From positions 32,001 to 96,000 of IMG/VR virus record IMGVR_UViG_3300034101_003866: 64,000 nt of DNA; one strand, written 5' to 3'. The first letter of the stretch is position 1; each line of letters begins with the position of its first letter. The stretch is from a virus. The position numbers were made by a program, and so were the translations under genes. This document shows, in pieces, positions 53,755 to 64,000 of the stretch. The notes beneath the pieces are model-generated. The model had not been told where the DNA came from and searched no databases. It was given only the letters and a program-made list of their open reading frames with translations.

Positions 53755-54483
53755 ATGGTTAAAAAGGAAAAGACAGAGAAGGTTGAAGAGGTTAAGTCGG
53801 ATATTGTTGATAAGAAGATTCCAAAAGCTACAGACTTAGAATGGACCGATTATGTTTTAAGCCTATTATCGGAAGATGAAAAAATATCAGGAAATCCAAC
53901 AACCGACGGATTAAGACGAATTTTTGAAATTGCTCTTAATTGTAGAGTGGTTGTTTCTAGTTCTAAGGTTGTACAATCTCCTGATCCAAATAATGAAAAA
54001 AGAGCCACTGTGGTTCATTCTGTTGTGTATCTTTTAAATGATGCCTCTCCTGACAGACCTGAATTTAATACCGTGTCTGTAGATGGAGCAGCGGACGTTT
54101 ATTGGGGGAACTGTGATAAGGTTTATAGGAATCATCCTGTGGCAGTAGCAGAAACCAGAGCAGAAGGAAGAGCTTTAAGGAGAGCACTTAAGCTAAGGAA
54201 AGTAGTAGCAGCAGAAGAATTGGCCAAAGAAATTGAAGATAATCCAGATAACAGTAGTGTTTCTAAGATTAGTAATAATCAGATTAATTTTATTGACGTT
54301 ATGGCTCAAAGACTTAATATAAATGTGGTTAAGTTGTTTAATAATAATCAATTACCCACAGATAATGTCTATTCTGTTTCTCATGATGATGCTGTTAATA
54401 TTATTAGATTGTTATCGAAGTATCAACAAAACATATCAGAGATTGCAGAAGATATTATGGGATACTCTAGCGATTGGAAATAA
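53755..54483 (+). CDS. Rad52/Sak-like single-strand annealing protein
   Basis: GL..., G.AD, AVAETRAEGRALRRAL...AEE, C-terminal IS..Q helical module. Confidence 0.55.
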   Translation: MVKKEKTEKVEEVKSDIVDKKIPKATDLEWTDYVLSLLSEDEKISGNPTTDGLRRIFEIALNCRVVVSSSKVVQSPDPNNEKRATVVHSVVYLLNDASPDRPEFNTVSVDGAADVYWGNCDKVYRNHPVAVAETRAEGRALRRALKLRKVVAAEELAKEIEDNPDNSSVSKISNNQINFIDVMAQRLNINVVKLFNNNQLPTDNVYSVSHDDAVNIIRLLSKYQQNISEIAEDIMGYSSDWK

Positions 54484-54485
54484 AT

Positions 54486-54821
54486 ATGAAAGTTTTATAC
54501 AGAGCGAGTGATAAGTTATCTTTTGAGCTTGAAGGATCTGGTCAAAAGGAAATATTTAAAGAATTAGCACTAATTCAAGAAATTTTTGCTGAAGCGAAGT
54601 GCGGATTGTGTGGAAGCACTAATCTAAGATTTATAGTAAGGAATGTAGAAGGAAATGACTACTATGAGATTAGGTGCATAGATTGTGGTGCTATATTAGC
54701 ATTCGGTCAGCATAAGAAGGGCGGGACATTGTTTCCAAAAAGAAAAGATGATGATGGAAATAATCTTCCAAACAGAGGCTGGCATAAGTGGACAGCTAAA
54801 GATACTAAAGATAAGAACTAA
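54486..54821 (+). CDS. Zinc-ribbon protein
   Basis: CGLCG...YYE..CIDCGA...FGQ. Confidence 0.65.
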   Translation: MKVLYRASDKLSFELEGSGQKEIFKELALIQEIFAEAKCGLCGSTNLRFIVRNVEGNDYYEIRCIDCGAILAFGQHKKGGTLFPKRKDDDGNNLPNRGWHKWTAKDTKDKN

Positions 54822-54837
54822 TTATTCTCTTAATTTT

Positions 54838-54875
54838 CGACAACCCTGCGTTTATATCGGGCGCAGGCGTTGTCG
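54838..54875. terminator. GC-rich hairpin at the convergent gene junction (probable bidirectional terminator)
   Basis: cgacaac-cctgcg ... cgcagg-c-gttgtcg between the + and - stop codons. Confidence 0.7.
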
Positions 54876-54879
54876 TTAA

Positions 54880-57800
54880 TTATTCATATTCGTATGGTAT
54901 CATTTCCCACGGAAAATAACTAGCAGCAACATCTGACTTATTTTCTATTTTGTCAACACTGCCAAAAAATGACCTGAATATCATTTCATTTTGTAGTTTA
55001 AAAAAGTCCGGCAATGTTGTTGGCTCAAGACTAAATGTTGCAGGATTCCTTTGTAGTGCCACCCAAACATACAGACTATTATTTATATTACCTACTTGAG
55101 CATTAACTAAATCTGTTTCGTATGGAACTGGGGGACTTGTAAAACTAGCTGGTCTAAAATCAGACTTTGATCCATATCTATATACTGTGGATAAAATATC
55201 AACTCCTCTTAACATTCTAGGTATTCTTTTTACCATCACAGATATATTATTTGCATTGTCTAGATTCACGATATTACAAACTCTGGTTGGTTTTCCTATT
55301 CTAGTATTGTCTAATGTCATCATGCCTTTTCCTCCTGGACTTCCAATATTCGTTTGACAACTACCAATTCCCGGCAAATCTAAAGTATCACCAGAATTAT
55401 CATTGCCTTGATTTTCATTTGTTAATGGTACTGCATATAGTTCTGTTGATTCTATTGTTATCTCAGCACCTGGACCAAGGATATTATCCATGGTTTGATC
55501 ACCATTAATATTAAAATATCTTAGTTTAGTCAAAGTTTTCCATCCTGTAATAGCAGGATACTGTCTCTGGAATGCGGTTTTTTGTTGATCAATAGCATTA
55601 CTATTTATTGTATATGTAAACTCATCAACATTAGATGTCACATTCTCTGTCGCACCAAAATCAAATTTTATTGTTTGATTAGGTTTAGTTGTAAAGTATG
55701 GACATATATTGTTATCTATATAGGGACTAGCAACACCCAGAACGGGATTAGCTTCTGTGCATTTATATTTTGTTGAAATTAATACTTTTGGATTGCTGTC
55801 AAAATCTTGAAAACACGACTGCTTACTGTCAATATTAATCCAGTAATGATCTTTATTAGCCTCTCTGTAATAAATATAAATTGGACCAGACTGTTCTCCT
55901 TCATTTGCTCCTCGCCAATCAATTCCAGATAATACTGGTTCAATTTTTGGTAGTACGTGCGGAGATATTCTTCTAGGGTCCGTTATTGGTAGTGATGATT
56001 TTAATTTATAGTTAGAGTAATCCGATCTGTTTAATTGGTATGTGGTATTATTTGCAGGAATATCAAAGACTGCTTGTTCGTCTAATAATTGTATTATTGA
56101 ATTTTTTTCTTCTAATAAGTCTTTAATGGTTTTATATGTTCTAGTTTTATTGCATGCTAACACTAACGGCTGATTAGCGATGTCACAGTTGATGGGATCG
56201 TCTTCTAGTTTGTCGTAGTGTTTTTGCAAATATTTTAATTTAGAAGAATTTAATATTGTTGACGTTGATCCTGGAACACCAACCGCTCCTTCAAGCGCAG
56301 TGTCTACTCCTGTGCTCTCAATAGTAGATAATCTGGAAGTAAGCCAACTAAACTCATTACTAGTAATAGATCTCATTGGTTTATATTCATAATACTTATT
56401 CTCTATCTCTAACTCACCAGTACTTATTCCTGAAGTTAATGGATTTAGTCCATCATCTGTTCGTATGATTGAAAAATTACTTGGTATATCATTATATGAA
56501 GATGAGAACTCTATATTTTTAACTATCACATCATGATTAGTGGTATCATCGGTATCGGATTTAATATAATAATAATCCTTATTTTCTTTTTCTTTTCTAA
56601 AGATTGGAGTTAAAACATTCAAATCTTCTTTAGAATATGAGAAGCCATAGCTAGAATTAGAAACAAAACCAGTATTTTCTACCCCACTTACAAAGATTTT
56701 TATCTTGTTATGCTTTATCTTATCGTTATTTCTATTATTAAAAATATCATTAATTTCTTGTAATTGATTATTATGTATGTTATTTGACAATATATTTTTA
56801 TTAACAAACAAAGACATGTCGCCATAAGATCCAACTGAATGAGTTGTTGGAGCAATATCTGTTATATTATTGAATACGTTTTTATTAATATAATCTGATC
56901 CCCATATATTGTATTTTTTACTTGTCTTATCTATAATCGTTGTTTCGTCTTTATATGTTAAGAAAATATTCATTGTATTAGGAACAGACATTAGGTTGTA
57001 TCCAGAAACACTATTCTCAAATACCAGTAAAGAATAGTATTTATTATTTTTATAAATTAATCCCTTTTTACTTATTGTTGCATTAGTTGAGGAGACTCCA
57101 GAACAACTAACTATATCTCCCTTTTTAAATATGTCATAAGGTATTTTGCCTTTGACTAGCACAGCCTTATTGTCTGATAAATCGGTACTAGATAAAGAAT
57201 TAGAAGATCCTAAAATAGCATTATGCTGTAAATAATGGTTTGCTTTAGATAGTGCTGAAGGATCTAGTTTCAGATTTGTCCAAGTTTCATTATTTCTTGC
57301 AATACATATTTGCGATGGATTTTCACATTCATTTCCTGTAAATGCAACCCTAACTATATCTCCTTCGTTGATGAATGAGTCCGATATAGCAGCGGGCAGA
57401 GGTGAACTTGGTAAATTTGATTCACAGCTTAAATTTATTTGTTTAATAAAATTTTGATCAATTAAGTCTTCAATAGAATTAACAAGATCAAATGAGAAAT
57501 CTCCTAATCCATCTACCCCTCCAGATAATTTTATAAACTTGTATCTATCTGGTTTTAGTATTGGGGTGTTATGATATTTAAAAATACTAGCTTCAGCAGT
57601 ATACCATAAAGAGTTAGGCTTTTTAAAGTTTATTAATATTTTTTCTGGTGACCCAAATGGGTATTTTGCATAACTGGGAAAATAAATCTGTCTTCCTTGA
57701 TTTGTTAAATTTTCAGCAAATCGAACTTCTTTAAAATAATCAAAAATAGCATTATAGCCAGGACTATTTACCGCGCCCTCAAGACCAGCTAAAGCGCCAA

Positions 57801-60800
57801 CTAAAGTTCCCCCAGTAGTTGCTCCATAACCAGCTAGAGCAGTCATAATTTGTATTATAGCATAATATGGGAATACTGGTGGCCTAACCATAACCCCCTG
57901 ACCTGTTGGATCATCCTGGGATGTTAAACACGTTGTTGAGTCAGATATGCAGGAGTAGGGAGCATTATAATTAGCTATTGGAAGTAAGTGTTTTTGATCT
58001 GTCAGATCCGTTATAAAACTGTATGATGGATATGATGGATCTTTTTTATAGTCAAATAATGACAAAGCATCATTATTACCATAAGAGGCTAAACTGGGAT
58101 TGGTATTTGGTACTGGATCTCTAACAGAACCAACATGAAGTATCAATTCCCAATTGCATAATGAATTATATAATAAATGTGATTTTGTATTAGTTTCTGT
58201 ACTCTCTAATCCCGACAAATACTGATTATTTATTGTTGAATCTAAAACATTCATATCGTCTTCTTCATCAAGAACCATAATATTCAGAGTAAATGTGGTT
58301 TTTCCATCAAAATCCCCATCTCTTTGTTTTGGCGAGCCCTCTAAACACGGCCCAGATTCTGGAGCTAGATTTTTAAAAAGTAATTCTGAAACGAACTTAC
58401 TAAAACTATTGTTACTAATATTTAATTTATTATGTTTTATAATAGAAGAATATTCACAACACTCTCTATCAGAATATCCTGTTGCGGCTACAGTTGGCAA
58501 TAATTCATCATTTGATCTTATGATATTTTGCATTTTAGAAACTTGACTTGTCATATAAGAATACTGTCCACTTGGATGATAATATCCAGAACCTAACAGA
58601 TTCATATCACAAGGAGTATTATGCTTTGAAGCGTGATCTGAGAATTTCACACTAAAATTATACTTATTATTTTGTATTGTTTCTTGGTTTAATAAAACCA
58701 GTTTAAATGAGCTAGGTGATGCTCCTGATGGACTATTGATTCCAACTAAATCTTTCAGATAATTTTCAATCTTTGCATTATTAAGAGATCCTGTGATTCT
58801 ATTCTGGTTTGTCGAATAATTTCCAAAAAATATCCTAGGATCGAATGTTTGATCTAAAAATTCTGAAGTGCTTTTGAGTGGGGATGGTGGAGGATTGGCC
58901 ATGGAACGAAATCTAGGAACGCCTTCAGCATCACAGTAATCAACATCTAGCCAAACAACCATATTTTTGGTATTAACATAATTTAAAAAGTTTAATTTAA
59001 CCTCAATATCTTTTATTCCAAATCCATTTACTCTTGGAATTCTAAATTGCATTCGTCCATCTGGTAATTGAATTTTTTCTGGCAAAGAATGAGGTCCGGT
59101 AACAGCAAATGAATAAGAAAAATTAGTTTGACCCTGATCGGTTAAAAACTCGTCGTTAGCTATTGGATAATTATTTGTGGCTGTTGGTTCTATGCCTTTT
59201 GGTTCTCCACCAGAAAGTATTCTGTATCCATGATTACTAGAATTATTAACACTTGTGATTTTTGTATCTATATAATTTTTATGTTTTTGATTATTATTAT
59301 ATAATTCAATATCCTGCCCCGGCCTTATATCTGCACAAGAACATAACATATCCCACTGAATTTCTTTTGCTATTCCTAATGTTATTGAACTGGAAAAAGT
59401 TTTTGATTGTATTGTGCTATTCTCAATATTTATTGGTCCAGATCGTAATCTTGTTATTTGTGGGCCTAAGAAACTAAAAGAGTCTCTTGCTCCAGGATTA
59501 AACTTTAATACTGATCCTCTATTTGCATGTATGGAATACTCATTTCCTCCAGAATATGGTATCCATCCACTATTTGGATGAAAAGCCCCTTTAGTAAATG
59601 GCATTATTAAACCGGTGCCACTTACCATTACTGCTTTTTGATAGCATAATTTATATGTTGATGTATCCGGAAAATTACGATAGTTTAATGGAAAACCGGT
59701 TACAACAGGTAGATTTGTTGATGCTCCTTGTCCAGCAACTATTCCTTTATCATTAATTGAGACCTGTGGTTTGGTGAGTCCATTAATATCTACTCCTATG
59801 GAATCTATGAATTTTTTACTATATCCTCCATAGGCTTTAACTTTTGGTGCTTTTTTTGTACTAATCACTGGGAAATTAAAAATACCACTATCTCTAATAC
59901 ATTTTGCTAAATTTCTTGTAGTATCCCACTCGTATGCTCTTAGCTGAAATGCTTCAGGATCCTTATTGGTTCTTGTGGTTTTATTAAAGTCATAATTTTT
60001 TGTGTCTACAATATTTCCATTGCTATCTGAGGTAGAAATTTTAGCATGACTTTTATAACTTCTAATTTTTGGAAAATATAAGCTCAAACATTGAGAACAT
60101 TCGTCTTGATCTGTTCTAATTTTTTCTAGCCAGACCGAATGCAATTTTACTATTGTATTATTAGTTTCAAATATCAAAGTTAGTGGACATGTATCTTTAT
60201 GTGTATAATTTGCACTATAGCTAAAAATATAATCTTTAGATAATGAATATACATCGTCTTGGCTTGCTGAGCCAAATGTTCCTATAAATTCTCTAACAGA
60301 AAAATCTGTTTTTATCGGATAAATCACCCCATGATAATTACTAATTGCTATTTTGTTTATCTTTGATATGTTTGATTTTACTAGATCTTTATCAAGAATT
60401 AATGGAATATTTTCATTCGCAATGTACGATGGAGTAACCGACGGTGGATATACCCAAGATATGTTTTTACTATCCCAATATTTACCATAAGAAATAGCAT
60501 TTTCTTTCATAGCCCCACCCTGACCAATCACTAACTGTCTACCATCAACAATGTATACGGTTTTTTGTTTTTTAAATGTCCCAAACGGACTAGATATTGT
60601 GCATTGAAAAGTATATTTACCAGTATAATTTGCATAGAATGTAACCTCATTAGAGGTTCCAGACAATAGTTCATTTTTACCAAAAGTTCCCTGCGGACCT
60701 TCTAATTGTTCCCAAAAGAAAGAATTTTGACCATTAATATAATTTGTTAAAAGAAGTATGGAGCCCTCATCATAAGATTTCTCTATTTCTGCTATCTCCA

Positions 60801-62607
60801 AAGCAACCAATTGTATACCAGATTCTTGCAGTTGGGTACAATGTGGTCTGGTTGGTTCGTACTGTAGATTAACATCGTCGCCATCATTTACAACAGTAGA
60901 ATAAATATAATCATATATCACTTGATTATTAGCATCAAGATCCTGGTTAGCGGGATCATTATAATTATTATTATCTGATCGATAAAATCTAGGAACATCT
61001 CCTTTATATTCCATTCTGGGAATAAATAATGTTTTAAGATCCTGTGTGATATCTCTAAAACGAGGTTTTCCAACGTCATATAGTGGTATAGTTGTTTTCT
61101 TTGTATTATCGACCAATACGTCTATATTTGCATTAAACTCATTTAGTTTTGTTTGTATCGTTGTATTATCAAAAATAATTCTTTGATTATTATACACTGA
61201 GGTATTTTTTAAAGATTTATTACAATAATTGTCTAGAACTTGTGTTATTGCAATACCTTTATTATCAAATTTTAACACATCAGTCTTTGCAGAGATGGAC
61301 GAGGTTCCTGATAGTTTAAGGTGTGCCCCATATTTTGATATTAATTTATAAAATAGTTGTGAATTATCATTAATTAAATTATTATTAAGGGTTATTGGAG
61401 AAAATTTAGTATCTAAATACAAAGATCGATTATTCCTATCATTAGTTGTATTCTGTAAAAATCTACTAATATCTATTAATAGATTCTTTAAATTTAATAT
61501 CTCAGTATTGATATCAGAAAAAGATTCATTAAGCTTATTTTGTATAAGATTCTTTATCTCTGTAGAATCTAGCGCCTCAATAGAGAAGTCATCAATGAAT
61601 GGACTAGTACTTAGTGCATGGGCTATTCTCTTATAAAATCGGGATGTTTTTAAATTCTTATTACTAAAAGATCTTTTTTCATCAAGTGTTAATATTCTAT
61701 ATATTGATGAATATTTCTGATAAAGAGCGGATGAAACATATGATCTACATGGTATATTATATGTTAATGAAGAAGCTCTTTCAGTATCACTATTATGAAA
61801 GAAAAAACAGTCCCCATCAGGAACCCATAGTATTGGATTCGTATCCATCCTATGTAAAGAAGACGTATTATTATATACATTTTCTGACTTATACATATCA
61901 GCTATTTTAAATAATGGATTAGTGCCTAAAGAGCTAAGTTCCACAATAGTTTTTCCTAATTCCTCATCGAAGACATAGCTACCATTAGTAAGCGTTTTAC
62001 TCTGCTGATTAACCGAATATAATCTAGCATTATTTATTTTAATATAAATATTATTAGTATCTCCACTTTTAACCAATCTTGATCCATTTGGGAAATATGT
62101 TAATGGTTGCTCTTTGCCTCCGTGAATATTAGAATTATTAGTTATGTCCTTTAGTCTAAACCAACAAAGAATTCCATAATATACAGAGTAAGGAGTATTC
62201 TGTCCATTTAAAAACCAGTCAATACACATTTTAGCATTACTAGTTGTCCAGCTTTTAAAGTTTGGGGTGAAAGAGAAAAAACTCTCAATACCTAATTGCC
62301 CACTAGTTAATAAAGGATTGCTATTATAACAGCTACCGTGAGATGACAATAGTTTATTATCAACATATGTATCAGAATTAATAATTAATGGCTGCCATAC
62401 ATCTAATACATCATCAAGAATGGAACCTGCCTGAGCTTGTTGTATCAGAGCATCAAGAGATGGTGAACGAATTAGCCCTCCTCCAGTATTATCATTATAG
62501 GTTAATGCCCCATTGGAGTTGACCGTGTACGGCAATAAGTCATCCAATAATGAATGCTTAATAATATTACAATTGCTACTTTTATCTATAATCCTTGAAC
62601 TAAACAT
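54880..62607 (-). CDS. Giant (2575 aa) virion/tail protein with PKD-like and proprotein-convertase P-like domains
   Basis: FFWEQLEGP...TGKYTFQCT (PKD/Ig-like); IKDIEVKLN...F.D.A...FTL.I...W.L (P-domain-like); Asn/Ser/Thr-rich. Confidence 0.6.
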   Translation of the reverse strand: MFSSRIIDKSSNCNIIKHSLLDDLLPYTVNSNGALTYNDNTGGGLIRSPSLDALIQQAQAGSILDDVLDVWQPLIINSDTYVDNKLLSSHGSCYNSNPLLTSGQLGIESFFSFTPNFKSWTTSNAKMCIDWFLNGQNTPYSVYYGILCWFRLKDITNNSNIHGGKEQPLTYFPNGSRLVKSGDTNNIYIKINNARLYSVNQQSKTLTNGSYVFDEELGKTIVELSSLGTNPLFKIADMYKSENVYNNTSSLHRMDTNPILWVPDGDCFFFHNSDTERASSLTYNIPCRSYVSSALYQKYSSIYRILTLDEKRSFSNKNLKTSRFYKRIAHALSTSPFIDDFSIEALDSTEIKNLIQNKLNESFSDINTEILNLKNLLIDISRFLQNTTNDRNNRSLYLDTKFSPITLNNNLINDNSQLFYKLISKYGAHLKLSGTSSISAKTDVLKFDNKGIAITQVLDNYCNKSLKNTSVYNNQRIIFDNTTIQTKLNEFNANIDVLVDNTKKTTIPLYDVGKPRFRDITQDLKTLFIPRMEYKGDVPRFYRSDNNNYNDPANQDLDANNQVIYDYIYSTVVNDGDDVNLQYEPTRPHCTQLQESGIQLVALEIAEIEKSYDEGSILLLTNYINGQNSFFWEQLEGPQGTFGKNELLSGTSNEVTFYANYTGKYTFQCTISSPFGTFKKQKTVYIVDGRQLVIGQGGAMKENAISYGKYWDSKNISWVYPPSVTPSYIANENIPLILDKDLVKSNISKINKIAISNYHGVIYPIKTDFSVREFIGTFGSASQDDVYSLSKDYIFSYSANYTHKDTCPLTLIFETNNTIVKLHSVWLEKIRTDQDECSQCLSLYFPKIRSYKSHAKISTSDSNGNIVDTKNYDFNKTTRTNKDPEAFQLRAYEWDTTRNLAKCIRDSGIFNFPVISTKKAPKVKAYGGYSKKFIDSIGVDINGLTKPQVSINDKGIVAGQGASTNLPVVTGFPLNYRNFPDTSTYKLCYQKAVMVSGTGLIMPFTKGAFHPNSGWIPYSGGNEYSIHANRGSVLKFNPGARDSFSFLGPQITRLRSGPINIENSTIQSKTFSSSITLGIAKEIQWDMLCSCADIRPGQDIELYNNNQKHKNYIDTKITSVNNSSNHGYRILSGGEPKGIEPTATNNYPIANDEFLTDQGQTNFSYSFAVTGPHSLPEKIQLPDGRMQFRIPRVNGFGIKDIEVKLNFLNYVNTKNMVVWLDVDYCDAEGVPRFRSMANPPPSPLKSTSEFLDQTFDPRIFFGNYSTNQNRITGSLNNAKIENYLKDLVGINSPSGASPSSFKLVLLNQETIQNNKYNFSVKFSDHASKHNTPCDMNLLGSGYYHPSGQYSYMTSQVSKMQNIIRSNDELLPTVAATGYSDRECCEYSSIIKHNKLNISNNSFSKFVSELLFKNLAPESGPCLEGSPKQRDGDFDGKTTFTLNIMVLDEEDDMNVLDSTINNQYLSGLESTETNTKSHLLYNSLCNWELILHVGSVRDPVPNTNPSLASYGNNDALSLFDYKKDPSYPSYSFITDLTDQKHLLPIANYNAPYSCISDSTTCLTSQDDPTGQGVMVRPPVFPYYAIIQIMTALAGYGATTGGTLVGALAGLEGAVNSPGYNAIFDYFKEVRFAENLTNQGRQIYFPSYAKYPFGSPEKILINFKKPNSLWYTAEASIFKYHNTPILKPDRYKFIKLSGGVDGLGDFSFDLVNSIEDLIDQNFIKQINLSCESNLPSSPLPAAISDSFINEGDIVRVAFTGNECENPSQICIARNNETWTNLKLDPSALSKANHYLQHNAILGSSNSLSSTDLSDNKAVLVKGKIPYDIFKKGDIVSCSGVSSTNATISKKGLIYKNNKYYSLLVFENSVSGYNLMSVPNTMNIFLTYKDETTIIDKTSKKYNIWGSDYINKNVFNNITDIAPTTHSVGSYGDMSLFVNKNILSNNIHNNQLQEINDIFNNRNNDKIKHNKIKIFVSGVENTGFVSNSSYGFSYSKEDLNVLTPIFRKEKENKDYYYIKSDTDDTTNHDVIVKNIEFSSSYNDIPSNFSIIRTDDGLNPLTSGISTGELEIENKYYEYKPMRSITSNEFSWLTSRLSTIESTGVDTALEGAVGVPGSTSTILNSSKLKYLQKHYDKLEDDPINCDIANQPLVLACNKTRTYKTIKDLLEEKNSIIQLLDEQAVFDIPANNTTYQLNRSDYSNYKLKSSLPITDPRRISPHVLPKIEPVLSGIDWRGANEGEQSGPIYIYYREANKDHYWINIDSKQSCFQDFDSNPKVLISTKYKCTEANPVLGVASPYIDNNICPYFTTKPNQTIKFDFGATENVTSNVDEFTYTINSNAIDQQKTAFQRQYPAITGWKTLTKLRYFNINGDQTMDNILGPGAEITIESTELYAVPLTNENQGNDNSGDTLDLPGIGSCQTNIGSPGGKGMMTLDNTRIGKPTRVCNIVNLDNANNISVMVKRIPRMLRGVDILSTVYRYGSKSDFRPASFTSPPVPYETDLVNAQVGNINNSLYVWVALQRNPATFSLEPTTLPDFFKLQNEMIFRSFFGSVDKIENKSDVAASYFPWEMIPYEYE

Positions 62608-63998
62608 TATTTAATTGCCGTTAGTGTCCACTTTCCATTTAAGAATGTAAATATAGCTATAACATTAGTTGTTACTGTGAATCCTAGAGGATTATCAAAA
62701 TTAACGGTCATTGTTGGAACAACTCCTGATCGTCTGCCTTGTACATAATGCATATCTATTAGGGCTTGAGTTGCACTAGTAGTCTTGCCTTTAACAACTA
62801 GAGACGGTTTGCTGACTGGTTCATAAAAGCCCGTCTTTTTATTGTATCTGCAAAGCAATTTTGTTCCTCGTGGAGCACAGTATCCTGTTTTATCTTTAAT
62901 ATATATTAATCTTCTATACCCCTGTCGTAAAGGCTCGCTGCTAAATTCAATATCGTCAATATAACCTCTTGTAACATATGTCTCATCAAAATCTGGTTGT
63001 TTAATCAGATCTTCTTCAAGAGTAGCATATATCATTCTATAAATATACTTCTTTTTTGCTTTTTTGTCTAAAAAGCTTTTTAATGTGGTTATATCATTAG
63101 AGTTAGTAAGAATATAAGGAGGATCAATCTCTTCTCCTCCGCCACCACCAGCCCAAACCATTCTGTCTTGATCCCAAATTAGATCAATAGGACCAACTTT
63201 CCATAAGTCAGGACGTTCTGCCCAATTTAGATAAAAATCATTTAATTTAACTTTTTCTGACCATTTACCTGTAAATTTTTGAGTTTTACTAATTATACTT
63301 CCTTTAAATCCCTGAGTATAATCAATTGGATTTCCAGCTGTTGGGGTAGGTCCAGGATCGTATCCGCCATCAACATCCATATTGTCTTCTATCTTAATAG
63401 GAGTAACATCACTATTATTTATTGCTGTTGTACTAAGTGATGACCATGATGATGGTAAATTCTCATAATTAAAAGTTTTAGCAAAAACATTAGTATTTCC
63501 AGATATGGTAAATAGTTCGCCAACAGATAATGAGCTATATTTTTTAGCAGCCCCGCTATTGGTTAATTTAAGTTTAAACCTTTTTGGTCTGCCAAAATTA
63601 TCATATGCTAATGGCTCATCAGCAGCATTAGGAACAGGATAACCATCAGCATCATATCCCCAAGCGTGTAGTGTTAATGGTCCTCGTAATCCAAAAAATC
63701 TTTGGTTGTTTTCATGCAACATATTAAGCGTATCTTGAGCTTGGGATCTAATATTATATAAAGCTTCATCAGTAGGATAATAGTCTAAATTATTAGATGG
63801 AACACCAGCTGGATGATTAGTATGAGCCCTTAGATTTCTACTAGTTTCAAGCTTGTATCCTGCTTGATTTTGTGGAACTGATCCTCTTGCCACAATTTCT
63901 ATGCAATGTCTCAGTCTGTCTCTGAAAATTCTACCCCCAGTAGTTAAACCTCCTATATCGTCGTGTGCCCCGTCTGGATGAGCACCAGTATAGTTTTG
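62607..63998 (-). CDS. Large virion/tail protein, 5'-partial
   Basis: Frame open to the window edge (QNYTGAHPDG...HCIEIVARG); GLRGPL.LH.WGYD.DG.PVPN, W.VGPIDL.WD; TAA overlaps the next ATG. Confidence 0.6.
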   Translation of the reverse strand, partial: QNYTGAHPDGAHDDIGGLTTGGRIFRDRLRHCIEIVARGSVPQNQAGYKLETSRNLRAHTNHPAGVPSNNLDYYPTDEALYNIRSQAQDTLNMLHENNQRFFGLRGPLTLHAWGYDADGYPVPNAADEPLAYDNFGRPKRFKLKLTNSGAAKKYSSLSVGELFTISGNTNVFAKTFNYENLPSSWSSLSTTAINNSDVTPIKIEDNMDVDGGYDPGPTPTAGNPIDYTQGFKGSIISKTQKFTGKWSEKVKLNDFYLNWAERPDLWKVGPIDLIWDQDRMVWAGGGGGEEIDPPYILTNSNDITTLKSFLDKKAKKKYIYRMIYATLEEDLIKQPDFDETYVTRGYIDDIEFSSEPLRQGYRRLIYIKDKTGYCAPRGTKLLCRYNKKTGFYEPVSKPSLVVKGKTTSATQALIDMHYVQGRRSGVVPTMTVNFDNPLGFTVTTNVIAIFTFLNGKWTLTAIK

Positions 63999-64000
63999 AG

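Noticed and set aside
55314-61910. Short + strand ORFs inside the giant minus-strand gene
   Set aside because: Antisense shadows of the 2575-aa CDS with no recognisable features
1-64000. Stop-codon reassignment (TAG or TGA recoding)
   Set aside because: Code 11 gives near-complete coding density, and genes end cleanly at TAG (8518, 11102, 18416) and TGA with coupled downstream starts

Overview
AT-rich, very gene-dense segment of a large tailed dsDNA phage genome (standard code 11). Almost all genes are on + up to about 54.8 kb, where they converge on a hairpin with two large virion genes on -. Modules in order: (1) glycan biosynthesis (RmlC/RmlD, glycosyltransferases, B12 radical SAM, methyltransferase); (2) nucleotide metabolism (NDT-like, GMP reductase); (3) a putative late block (bacterioferritin-like, PAP2 phosphatase, sigma factor, ClpP, DeoC-like, tail-fibre-like protein, trypsin-like and papain-like proteases, many small membrane proteins); (4) an AT-rich glycan island; (5) dCMP deaminase, class II RNR, PhoH; (6) replication/recombination (RecA, DnaB, DnaG, dNMP kinase, Cas4-like nuclease, DnaE, DEDDh exonuclease, SSB, Rad52-like); (7) a run of degenerate sugar-enzyme folds. 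The most striking feature is a DnaE polymerase in THREE genes. Parts 1 and 2 carry the halves of a naturally split intein (90 + 36 aa) flanking a free-standing endonuclease. Part 3 has no intein and is separated from part 2 by an HNH gene, a 59-aa ORF and the exonuclease. Other notable signals: a recurrent intergenic GGTGTA-N6/7-(T/A)ATA motif (probable phage promoter, also upstream of both endonucleases in the dnaE locus), several host-enzyme homologues with dismantled active sites (bacterioferritin, DeoC, nucleotidyltransferase), a protease/membrane-protein cluster that may be an unconventional lysis module, and two genes that appear to lack canonical start codons. No tRNA, rRNA or CRISPR array was seen. 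All assignments come from motif recognition by eye; no searches were run.
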